Positions 38,065 through 46,099 of a stretch of 64,000 nt of DNA are shown piece by piece. Location of the stretch: the NCBI GenBank assembly GCA_041556855.1, contig JBFFHS010000006.1:819-64818 (forward strand), given 5' to 3'. Positions within the stretch are counted from its first letter, which is position 1. Every line of letters starts with the position of its first letter. A program made the position numbers and the translations under genes. The notes beneath the pieces are model-generated. The model was not told the origin of the DNA. It saw only the letters and a list, made by a program, of their open reading frames with translations, and made no database searches. Source of the stretch: Gammaproteobacteria bacterium. GTDB lineage: Bacteria > Pseudomonadota > Gammaproteobacteria > Steroidobacterales > JBFFHS01.

Positions 38065-38529
38065 ATGTCCCGCGCGCTGACCGGCTGGTATGATCCGGGC
38101 CTCCTGGGCAGCCAGAAAGCCGAGCTGACGGGTGAGGTGGAGATCGCAGAGCTGGGGCGTTTGCGGGATCTTCTGGACTCGGTCCGCGGTGCTGTCACCG
38201 CTCGGTTTCGGTTCGATGAGCGGCCGGGACAGGGCGTGACGGTGCAGATTGATTACGAGGCGGTGTTGCGCGTGGTGTGCCAACGCTGTCTGGAACCATT
38301 TACAATAACCCTGGCCGAGCGCAGTTTGCTGGCCGTCATCGAGCCGGGCGGTTCGGAAGATTACGCGCCGGAGGGCTACGAGCCGCTGCTTTTGGAAGAA
38401 ACCAGGTTGCAGCCGGTCGCCCTGCTGGAAGACGAGTTGATTATGGCGTTGCCGCTCGTGCCGCGCCATGCCGATGAAAAGGATTGTGGCACGCTCGCCG
38501 AGCGCGTCACCGGGTTGGCCAGCGATTGA
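38065..38529 (+). CDS. yceD: YceD/DUF177 (large ribosomal RNA accumulation protein)
   Basis: CQRCLEPF motif, with the conserved position immediately upstream of rpmF. Confidence 0.85.
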   Translation: MSRALTGWYDPGLLGSQKAELTGEVEIAELGRLRDLLDSVRGAVTARFRFDERPGQGVTVQIDYEAVLRVVCQRCLEPFTITLAERSLLAVIEPGGSEDYAPEGYEPLLLEETRLQPVALLEDELIMALPLVPRHADEKDCGTLAERVTGLASD

Positions 38530-38577
38530 CCTCGGCTCACAGTTCACAAGGGCGCCGAGAGCTTTAGGAGAAATGCC

Positions 38578-38766
38578 ATGGCTGTTCAAAAGAGCCGCAA
38601 GACGCCTTCCCGACGCGGTATGCGGCGGGCTCACGATGCGCTGAAAAAGCCTGCCCTGTCTATCGACCAGACTACCGGGGAGACTCACCTGCGCCACCAC
38701 ATTTCAGCGGACGGCTACTATCGTGGCCGTAAAATTGTCGAAGTGGCTCAGGACGAGGACGAATAG
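38578..38766 (+). CDS. rpmF: 50S ribosomal protein L32
   Basis: [22 protein letters not shown]... 62 aa. Confidence 0.97.
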   Translation: MAVQKSRKTPSRRGMRRAHDALKKPALSIDQTTGETHLRHHISADGYYRGRKIVEVAQDEDE

Positions 38767-38824
38767 TCTTCTCCGGCGGCACCTGGCCGCCCGCCAGCCA
38801 AGCCCTAATTAAGGCCGGGTTTTC

Positions 38825-39853
38825 ATGAGTCGCAAAGTCACCATTGCGCTTGACGCTATGGGGGGTGATCGTGGTTCCGCCGTCGCGGTGCCGGCGGCGT
38901 TGGCAGTCCTCGCCAAGGATGATTCGGTCAGTCTGATTCTGGTGGGGCAGAGTCATATCGTGGAGGCGGCGCGTCGTGAAGCCGGCGACGAGTACGGCAC
39001 CCGCCTGAAATTCCGCATTGCCAACGACGTGGTGTCCATGGATGAGCCGCCCCGGGAGGCGCTGCGCAAGAAAAAAGATTCATCCATGCGGGTGGCGATC
39101 GAGTTGGTGAAGGCGCAGGAGGCGGATGCCTGTGTCAGTGCCGGCAACACCGGTGCCCTGATGGCTACCGCCCGTTACGTGCTGAAGATGCTCCCGGGGA
39201 TTGACCGCCCAGCCATCATCGCGGCGGTGCCCAGCCTGACCGGGCGGACCTTCATGCTTGATCTGGGCGCTAACGTAGGTTGCAGCGCTGAGCATCTCCG
39301 TCAGTTTGCCCTGATGGGTTCTGTCGTCGCCGGCGATATCCTGGAGATCGACAATCCACGCGTGGGCCTGCTGAATATCGGTGAAGAGGACATTAAGGGC
39401 AACGAGGTTGTGCGCGAAGCCGGCGAGCTGTTGTCCCGGGGCCATCTTAACTACGTTGGTTTTGTAGAGGGGGACGACATCTTCTCAGGCATCGTCGATG
39501 TGGTGGTCAGCGATGGCTTCAGTGGCAACGTCGCGATCAAGACCATGGAGGGTCTGGCTACCGTGATCGGCACGTTTCTCAAGGAGGAATTTTCGGCTGG
39601 CGCCGTGCGGCGGCTGCAGGGTCTGATGGCGCTACCGGCTTTGAATGCGCTGCGCGCGCGGCTCGACTACCGCCGTTACAATGGTGCCAGCCTGGTTGGC
39701 TTGAATGGCATCGTCATCAAGAGTCATGGTGGGGCGGATGCCCTGGCATTTGAGATGGCTATCAACACCGCCATCGTAGAGGCTCGCAAGGGCGTACCCG
39801 TGCAGATCGGTCAACTCATCGAGGACGAAGCTTCACAATGTATTCGCGCATAG
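38825..39853 (+). CDS. plsX: Phosphate acyltransferase PlsX
   Basis: IALDAMGGD, SAGNTGALMA and GFVEGDDIF motifs. Confidence 0.95.
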   Translation: MSRKVTIALDAMGGDRGSAVAVPAALAVLAKDDSVSLILVGQSHIVEAARREAGDEYGTRLKFRIANDVVSMDEPPREALRKKKDSSMRVAIELVKAQEADACVSAGNTGALMATARYVLKMLPGIDRPAIIAAVPSLTGRTFMLDLGANVGCSAEHLRQFALMGSVVAGDILEIDNPRVGLLNIGEEDIKGNEVVREAGELLSRGHLNYVGFVEGDDIFSGIVDVVVSDGFSGNVAIKTMEGLATVIGTFLKEEFSAGAVRRLQGLMALPALNALRARLDYRRYNGASLVGLNGIVIKSHGGADALAFEMAINTAIVEARKGVPVQIGQLIEDEASQCIRA

Positions 39854-40800
39854 CCGGCGTCGGTCGTTATCTCCCGGAACGGGTGCTGACCAATTTCGAT
39901 CTGGAGAAGATGGTCGATACCTCCGACGAGTGGATTCGGACGCGCACGGGCATCGAGCGCCGTCATATTGCCGCGGACGATGAGACCACCAGCGACCTGG
40001 CCTACGGCGCTGCGCTCAAGGCTATTGAGGATGCGGGCGTAGACCGGTCCGAAATTGATTTCATCGTTGTCGGCACAACCACGCCGGACGTGGTGTTTCC
40101 CAACGTGGGCACCATTGTGCAGGAGCGACTGGGACTGCATGGGATGGCTGCTTTCAGCGTGGAAGCCGCCTGCAGCGGCTTTGTGTACGCGCTCAGCATT
40201 GCCGATAGCTTTGTCCGTGGCGGGCAGGCGCGCTGTGCGCTGGTTATCGGCGCGGAGACCCTGTCACGCATCACAGATTGGACGGAGCGTGAAACCTGTG
40301 TGCTGTTTGGCGACGGCGCAGGTGCGGTGATTCTCCAACCCGCCGATGAGCCCGGCATCATCTCCAGCCACCTGGGAGCTAACGGCAAATACCGAGATTT
40401 GCTCTACTTCCCCTCGGGCGCCTCAAAGCTGCCCGAGGACCCCACGACTCGGGACTATCTGAGCATGCGGGGTAACGAAGTCTTTAAAGTTGCGGTGAAG
40501 ACACTGGAGAACATGGTGGACGAGGTGCTGGCCCATAATGATCTGGAGCAGGGCGCCATCGATTGGCTGATCCCTCATCAGGCCAATATCCGTATCATCC
40601 AGGCCACCGCCAAGCGGCTAAAGCTACCCATGGAACGGGTCATCCTGACAGTACAGGATCACGGCAACACATCGGCCGCGTCTGTGCCCATGGCGTTGGA
40701 TGTGGCGGTGAAGGATGGCCGCATCCGGCGCGGCGATCTGCTGCTGCTGGAGGCTTTTGGTGGCGGATTTACCTGGGGTGCGAATCTGGTGCGTTTTTAG
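39838..40800 (+). CDS. fabH: 3-oxoacyl-ACP synthase III (FabH)
   Basis: AACSGFVYAL (active Cys), IPHQANIRI and GNTSAASVP. Confidence 0.95.
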   Translation: MYSRIAGVGRYLPERVLTNFDLEKMVDTSDEWIRTRTGIERRHIAADDETTSDLAYGAALKAIEDAGVDRSEIDFIVVGTTTPDVVFPNVGTIVQERLGLHGMAAFSVEAACSGFVYALSIADSFVRGGQARCALVIGAETLSRITDWTERETCVLFGDGAGAVILQPADEPGIISSHLGANGKYRDLLYFPSGASKLPEDPTTRDYLSMRGNEVFKVAVKTLENMVDEVLAHNDLEQGAIDWLIPHQANIRIIQATAKRLKLPMERVILTVQDHGNTSAASVPMALDVAVKDGRIRRGDLLLLEAFGGGFTWGANLVRF

Positions 40801-40821
40801 CGCCCTGCACCAACTGCAAGT

Positions 40822-41373
40822 CTAAAATACCCCTTTGCCCCCGTGCTCGCGGTCGCGGCGTCTGCGGCGATTGGCGCGATCCAGGAGTTCTTTGCGCCGT
40901 GCCTTGATCCGCGCGGCCCGAGTAACCGCATCGCGGCCGATCTTGTGGCGCTTGTAGTAGGTCTCTCGATAATGACGGAAGTCTTCGAATGCCTCGAGGT
41001 CGTGATGCAGGTCACGAAAGATCAACTCAATCATGATAGCGTCGTCAAGGAGTCCGAGACCCGGGATCACGTCTGGGATGAGATCATCCGGATCGCAAAA
41101 ATATGCTAGCACGCTCAATACCTTATGGCGTTGCGACTTGGGCAGAGCCCAGTCCTCGTCGCGTACCATACCGATCAGCGTCTCAAGGCGGGGCAGGCGT
41201 TCGCCAATGAAGTCGGGCGCTTCATCCTTGATGATAGCGGCAAGGGCCTTTTCGGCCGCGGCCAGGATATCGTTGGTGGCAACGCCGGCGACCCGGCGGC
41301 GGGCCCGGCGCATTTCAGCTCGAAATCGCTGCAGATCCCGGGGGCCGATCTCAAAGACGACGCGAATAGTCAT
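40822..41373 (-). CDS. DUF1232 (YkvA-like) domain protein, apparently soluble, with a basic C-terminal tail
   Basis: YFCDPDDLIPDVIPGLGLLDDAIMIELI is the DUF1232 signature. No TM helix is seen, and the C-terminus is R/K-rich. Confidence 0.6.
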   Translation of the reverse strand: MTIRVVFEIGPRDLQRFRAEMRRARRRVAGVATNDILAAAEKALAAIIKDEAPDFIGERLPRLETLIGMVRDEDWALPKSQRHKVLSVLAYFCDPDDLIPDVIPGLGLLDDAIMIELIFRDLHHDLEAFEDFRHYRETYYKRHKIGRDAVTRAARIKARRKELLDRANRRRRRDREHGGKGVF

Positions 41374-41454
41374 GGACGGGTTCTCCTGGGGGGCGGAGCA
41401 TAGCACAGGCGCCGGGGCTCAACCTTTTTCATCTCAACTGCGTATAATCGGGCT

Positions 41455-42453
41455 ATGTGTATGAAAAATAAGCCTCGCTCAATGTTTCGAGTGTGCCTCC
41501 TGGCGGTGCTCAGTGGGCTCGGGGCGTGGCCGGCGGTCGCGGTTGAATTTCTGCTGCCGGACGGGCAGGCGGAACTCGTAGGTGTGGTCAGTGAGGTCGT
41601 GGCCCGCTATGAGGATACGCTGTCAGACTTGGCCCGAGCCCACGGTGTGGGTTTCGATGAGATTGCCCTGGCGAATCCGGGCGTAGATCCCTGGTTGCCG
41701 GGTGAAGGCACCGCTGTCGTTTTGCCGACCCGCTTTCTGCTGCCGCGAGCCCCCCGGGAGGGTATCGTGATCAATCTCCCGGAGTTGCGGCTTTACTACT
41801 ATCCACCGAATGACGGTGACGAGGCCCGGGTGATCACCTTTCCCATCAGCATCGGCCGCATGGACTGGAATACCCCACTGGGCCGCGCGCAAGTGGTCAG
41901 CAAGGTCACGGATCCGAGCTGGTATCCGCCGGAGTCCATTCGCGAGGAGCACGCTGCCGAAAACCGGATTTTGCCCAGGATCGTGCCGCCAGGGCCGGAC
42001 AATCCCCTGGGCCGTCATGCGATGCGGCTCAGCCTGCCGGGCTACCTGATTCATGGCACCAATCGGCCGGCTGGTGTTGGGATGCGTGTCACTCACGGGT
42101 GCATCCGGATGTATCCGGAGGATATCGCGGCCCTTTTTAAAATGATCCCAGTGGGTACATCGGTACGTATTGTCAACCAGCCCTATAAGCTGGGGTGGGG
42201 CGGCGACGGTCTTTATCTGGAGGCGCATCCGCCGCTGCATGAGGAACGGGACGATGACAAGTGGACACCCACGGCCATAACCCGGCTGTTGGTGGAGGCT
42301 ACCGCAGAGCGATCTACCCGCCTGGACTGGGATCTGGCCGAGACCGTATTTCGTACGACCTCGGGTATACCCGCCCCTATCTCAAAAGCCGAGCGCGCGG
42401 AAGCCGAGCGCAGCGATAACCGACCGCTGCAGCTGGTCGAGCTGTCCTATTAA
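41455..42453 (+). CDS. Periplasmic L,D-transpeptidase with LysM domain (ErfK/YbiS/YcfS/YnhG family)
   Basis: Signal peptide MFRVCLLAVLSGLGAWPAVA, LysM (TLSDLARAHGVGFDEIALANPGVDPWLPGEGTAVVLP) and YkuD active site LIHGTNRPAGVGMRVTHGCIRMYPEDI. Confidence 0.85.
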   Translation: MCMKNKPRSMFRVCLLAVLSGLGAWPAVAVEFLLPDGQAELVGVVSEVVARYEDTLSDLARAHGVGFDEIALANPGVDPWLPGEGTAVVLPTRFLLPRAPREGIVINLPELRLYYYPPNDGDEARVITFPISIGRMDWNTPLGRAQVVSKVTDPSWYPPESIREEHAAENRILPRIVPPGPDNPLGRHAMRLSLPGYLIHGTNRPAGVGMRVTHGCIRMYPEDIAALFKMIPVGTSVRIVNQPYKLGWGGDGLYLEAHPPLHEERDDDKWTPTAITRLLVEATAERSTRLDWDLAETVFRTTSGIPAPISKAERAEAERSDNRPLQLVELSY

Positions 42454-42471
42454 ACACGCTCATCGCGTGGG

Positions 42472-42510
42472 CAAAAAAAAACGCCGTCGGCCTGGGCCAA
42501 CGGCGTTTTG
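42472..42510. terminator. Bidirectional rho-independent terminator shared by the convergent Ldt and Lpp-like genes
   Basis: A8 (42473-42480), then stem AACGCCGT (42480-42487) / ACGGCGTT (42500-42507), then TTT. This gives a U-tract on both strands, U8 for the minus-strand lipoprotein gene. Confidence 0.65.
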
Positions 42511-42529
42511 AAATCGGTATATCGGGTAG

Positions 42530-42847
42530 TTATTTCGACATCGACCTCTGGAACATGCGGTCGATCTTCTCATTAGTCGCATCACAGCAAGCCTGGCTGG
42601 CATTGGCTGCTGACAGAGCCTGATTGGCCGTGCTCTGAGCGCCGGAAGCCATCTGACGGGCTTCGTTGGCGGCCCGCTCGGCAGCACTGGCGGCACTGGC
42701 GGCGGCAGTCGCATCGCTGGCCGCTTTCTCGGCAGTGGCACGCACAGCGTCCAGTTGCTCTTGGGTGATAGTGGCACAACCTGATGCGATCGCCACGCAG
42801 GCTGTCAATGCGCCTACCTTCAAGGCGGTCTGCAGTTTGTTGGTCAT
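42530..42847 (-). CDS. Lpp/OprI-like alanine-zipper outer-membrane lipoprotein
   Basis: MTNKLQTALKVGALTACVAIASGC contains the lipobox L-A-S-G-C. It is followed by an Ala-rich helical heptad region and a C-terminal ...RSMSK ending in Lys. Confidence 0.7.
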   Translation of the reverse strand: MTNKLQTALKVGALTACVAIASGCATITQEQLDAVRATAEKAASDATAAASAASAAERAANEARQMASGAQSTANQALSAANASQACCDATNEKIDRMFQRSMSK

Positions 42848-43129
42848 TAGCTGTTCCCCTGAGTGAGAATTGAAACGAGCGCAATTATTTCCCAAAGCGG
42901 TCGCTACTGCAATGAGTAGCTTCTTTGGAATCAATGTTTTGCATTTTGATCATGGGCCAGCGGGAGTGGCTTGGCAATGTGTCGTTAGCGAGCGACAGGC
43001 GCTAAGGGCAATACCGAGCTATTGACAGGGAGCAGGGCGGGGGAATTTTGCCGTGGGCAGTCTATTTCAGCACCCTTAAAAAAGGTGTGAAGCAGCGGGT
43101 ATCCAGAGATTGGGAGGTTGCGGCTGCGC

Positions 43130-43158
43130 TTGACGCTAAACGACGAGGGCTGTATATA
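43130..43158 (+). promoter_or_regulatory. Candidate sigma-70 promoter of lexA
   Basis: TTGACG (43130-43135), 17 nt, TATATA (43153-43158; TATAAT at 43155-43160). The -10 overlaps SOS box 1. Confidence 0.45.
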
Positions 43159-43165
43159 ATAACAG
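43150..43165 (+). promoter_or_regulatory. LexA operator (SOS box 1)
   Basis: CTGTATATAATAACAG is a perfect CTGT-N8-ACAG. Confidence 0.8.
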
Positions 43166-43168
43166 ATA

Positions 43169-43184
43169 CTGTTAATAAGTACAG
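43169..43184 (+). promoter_or_regulatory. LexA operator (SOS box 2)
   Basis: CTGTTAATAAGTACAG is a perfect CTGT-N8-ACAG, 3 nt after box 1 and 12 nt before the lexA ATG. Confidence 0.8.
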
Positions 43185-43195
43185 GTATTGACCAG

Positions 43196-43807
43196 ATGCC
43201 GGAATTGACGCCTCGACAGAACCAAATACTTTCATTAATACAGGATGTTATAAACGAAACCGGACGTCCTCCAACGCGCGCCGAGATTGCCCAGCACCTG
43301 GGTTTTCGATCAGTGAATGCGGCCGAGGAGCATTTGCGTGCTCTGCAGCGTAAAGGCGTTTTGGAGCTGATTCCTGGCTCTTCCCGGGGGATCAAGCTCA
43401 AGGACTCGCTGCGTGAGCAGCTGGGCTTACCGTTGGTAGGTCAGGTTGCTGCCGGACAGCCGATCCTGGCGGAACAGCATATCGAGGCGCACTACCGGGT
43501 CGATCCGCAGATTTTTGCTGACAAGCCCCATTATCTGCTGCGCGTGCGGGGCATGAGTATGAAGGATGTAGGCATTCTGGATGGTGATCTGGTTGCAGTG
43601 CATCGCACACCGGAAGTGCGTAATCGTCAGATTGTCGTCGCTCGCCTTGAAGATGAAGTCACCGTCAAGCGCTACCGGCAGGAGGGGCATTGGGTCTGGT
43701 TATTGCCAGAGAATCCGGAATTTGCGCCTATCCGCGTTGATCTGCGTCAACAACCGTTAACCATCGAGGGCGTGGTTGTCGGAGTGGTTCGCGACTCGGT
43801 GATGTAA
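43196..43807 (+). CDS. lexA: LexA repressor
   Basis: [29 protein letters not shown] (wHTH), cleavage site VAAGQP, catalytic GMSM (Ser) and VTVKRY (Lys). Confidence 0.95.
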   Translation: MPELTPRQNQILSLIQDVINETGRPPTRAEIAQHLGFRSVNAAEEHLRALQRKGVLELIPGSSRGIKLKDSLREQLGLPLVGQVAAGQPILAEQHIEAHYRVDPQIFADKPHYLLRVRGMSMKDVGILDGDLVAVHRTPEVRNRQIVVARLEDEVTVKRYRQEGHWVWLLPENPEFAPIRVDLRQQPLTIEGVVVGVVRDSVM

Positions 43808-43889
43808 TTCAGGGCGGTTTTTATGCAGAGAGTGGCTGTGACCAATGCATCAATCGGACTAAGCCCCCGCTTAACGGCCGCTCCTGCAA

Positions 43890-44558
43890 GTGAGGCCATC
43901 AAAAGTGGACATCGAAGAACTCTTACAAGATCCACGCATCTGGAGCGCTAGAACCAGCCAAATCCAGTGGCGCGGCGGCGTTCTGGCAACCGGTATCGAT
44001 CCTTTGGATAACGCTTTGCCGGGCGGCGGTTGGCCCCTGGGTGCGCTGACTGAAGTGTTCCTGGATCACTATGGGATTGGTGAGCTGAAGCTACTAATGC
44101 CGGCTTTAGCAGCTTTAAGCCGGCAGCCGACTACTGATGAAGCGTTATCCGGTTGGATCGCCTGGATTGCGCCACCGTTCGTGCCCTATGCGCCGGCACT
44201 GGCCAGCTATGGCGTGGATTTAAGTCGCGTGCTGCTGGTGCATCCCAACGCCAACGCAAAAGATTGTCTATGGGCCACAGAACAAGCGTTGCGCTCCGGT
44301 TCCTGCGCTGCCGTACTTGCCTGGGTTGACCAGGCTGACGATACCGCATTACGCCGCCTGCAACTCGCTGCGGAGGAGGGTGGATGTTGGGGCATCATCT
44401 TTCGACCTGCTCAAAGCGTCCATCAGAACTCTCCTGCCGCGTTACGGCTTAAATTGAGCGCAAGCGCTCAAGGCGTGGATGTTCAGATTTTGAAATGCAG
44501 GGGAGGCTACCCGCGCATTGTTGCTGGAATCCGGCTTTGTCCCGCAAGCGTGGATTAA
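43890..44558 (+). CDS. imuA: ImuA (SulA/RecA-like translesion-synthesis accessory protein)
   Basis: RIWSAR....TGIDPLDNALPGGGWPLGALTEVF is the ImuA signature. It is followed by imuB and dnaE2. The start may be GTG 43890 or GTG 43905. Confidence 0.8.
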   Translation: MRPSKVDIEELLQDPRIWSARTSQIQWRGGVLATGIDPLDNALPGGGWPLGALTEVFLDHYGIGELKLLMPALAALSRQPTTDEALSGWIAWIAPPFVPYAPALASYGVDLSRVLLVHPNANAKDCLWATEQALRSGSCAAVLAWVDQADDTALRRLQLAAEEGGCWGIIFRPAQSVHQNSPAALRLKLSASAQGVDVQILKCRGGYPRIVAGIRLCPASVD

Positions 44559-46099
44559 GTGTTCCAGCTGGGGCCCTTTCTCTTTTCCCCGGACAGCCCA
44601 AGGCGCCCGCTGCACTTAAGTCAGCGCAGCTTAGCCTGCGTGACTCGGCTTCGGGGAAAAAACTCTGGTTGGCGCTGACCTTTCCAGATCTGCCCCTGCG
44701 AGCTCTGATCAGGCATCCCGGTGAGCCCACAGCGGTGGTTGAGACCCAGGGTGGCCAGTGCCGCATTCTGCGGTCTGATCCGTCTGCTGCCGCGCTGGGC
44801 GTTCTGCCGGGGCTCAAGCTGAACGCCGCTTATGTGCTGGTACCCCAACTGGAAGTCCATGCCCGGGAGCGACGCCGGGAAACGCGTCTGCTGGAATTTC
44901 TTGCCGGCTGGGCAAGACGTTTTACCTCTTTAGTCAGTCTGGAAAGGCCCGATGCACTGCTGCTGGAGGTGGGTGGCAGTCTGCGACTGTTCGGTGGCTT
45001 ACAGGCACTTGAGAGTCGGCTGCGGCAGAGTCTTGAGCGCTGGCAGCTGAGCTACCAACTTGCCGTAGCACCCTATTCCCGTGCTGCGCTCTGGTTGGCC
45101 CGGGGCGGCGGTTGCAGCGCGGTGTGCGCTGATCAGCTGGTGGGCAACTTGAGCACTCTGACTCTCGCCGTGACCGGCTGGTCTGAGAAACCGCTGCGGA
45201 CGCTTAAGGAAATGGGAATTACCACTGTGGGTGATTGCCTGCGACTACCCCGGGACGGCCTGGCTCGCCGGTTGGGCCCGGAATATGTGCGGGATCTGGA
45301 CCGGGCGTTGGGTAAGCATAGTGATCCGCGACTTGAATTCCGCACGCCCCAACGTCTCACCGCAACGCTGCAGTTTCCCGGAGATGTTGAGCAAGTCACC
45401 GAGTTGCAGGAAGCCAGCGAACAGCTGTTGAGGGAAATGGGTCTGGCATTGCGCGGGCGTCAGGTTGCCGTACGGGAGGTGCGGTTTACATTTCAGCATC
45501 TGCATCACGGGTCCACGGTGACGCGCATCGCGACTTTGGAGCCCAGTTTTTCCACCGCCCGCTTTGCACGGCTGCTCAAAGACAGGTTGGAACAGATCAT
45601 ATTACCCGCACCGGTCATCGCGCTGAGCCTGCGCACCTCCCGCCTGGAGCCGCTGAAGCCCGCTACTGGCCAGTTGTTTAGTCAGCCTGACGGTCGCCGC
45701 TCTGCTGATACGGCAGAGCTCATCGAGTGTCTGCGCAATCGTTTTGGTGCAGAGGCTGTTTACGGATTGTGTCTGGTGCCGGAACATCGCCCCGAGTCGG
45801 CCTGGGCGAAGGTGGATGAAGATCTGGGCCGGGCAGCGCTGGTGCCGCAGGTCAACCTCAGCCGGCCACTGTGGATGCTGCAAAAGCCTGTGCCCTTGGT
45901 AGTGTCTTCGGACGGACCCTGTTACGAGGGTGCGCTGTCGCTTAAGCAGGGGCCGGAGCGTATCGAGACCGGTTGGTGGGACGGCCGCGATGTGGCCAGA
46001 GACTACTATCACGCCCGCAACCCGGTCGGTATGGATCTTTGGATTTATCGCCAGCGACGCGGTCGTCGGGGCTGGTATTTACATGGCATCTTCGGCTAG
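44495..46099 (+). CDS. imuB: ImuB (Y-family polymerase-like protein of the mutagenesis cassette)
   Basis: LWLALTFPDLPLRAL is an N-terminal ImuB-type motif, within a UmuC/DinB-like fold. The only canonical in-frame start is ATG 44495, which overlaps imuA by 64 nt, so the true start is uncertain. Confidence 0.8.
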   Translation: MQGRLPAHCCWNPALSRKRGLSVPAGALSLFPGQPKAPAALKSAQLSLRDSASGKKLWLALTFPDLPLRALIRHPGEPTAVVETQGGQCRILRSDPSAAALGVLPGLKLNAAYVLVPQLEVHARERRRETRLLEFLAGWARRFTSLVSLERPDALLLEVGGSLRLFGGLQALESRLRQSLERWQLSYQLAVAPYSRAALWLARGGGCSAVCADQLVGNLSTLTLAVTGWSEKPLRTLKEMGITTVGDCLRLPRDGLARRLGPEYVRDLDRALGKHSDPRLEFRTPQRLTATLQFPGDVEQVTELQEASEQLLREMGLALRGRQVAVREVRFTFQHLHHGSTVTRIATLEPSFSTARFARLLKDRLEQIILPAPVIALSLRTSRLEPLKPATGQLFSQPDGRRSADTAELIECLRNRFGAEAVYGLCLVPEHRPESAWAKVDEDLGRAALVPQVNLSRPLWMLQKPVPLVVSSDGPCYEGALSLKQGPERIETGWWDGRDVARDYYHARNPVGMDLWIYRQRRGRRGWYLHGIFG

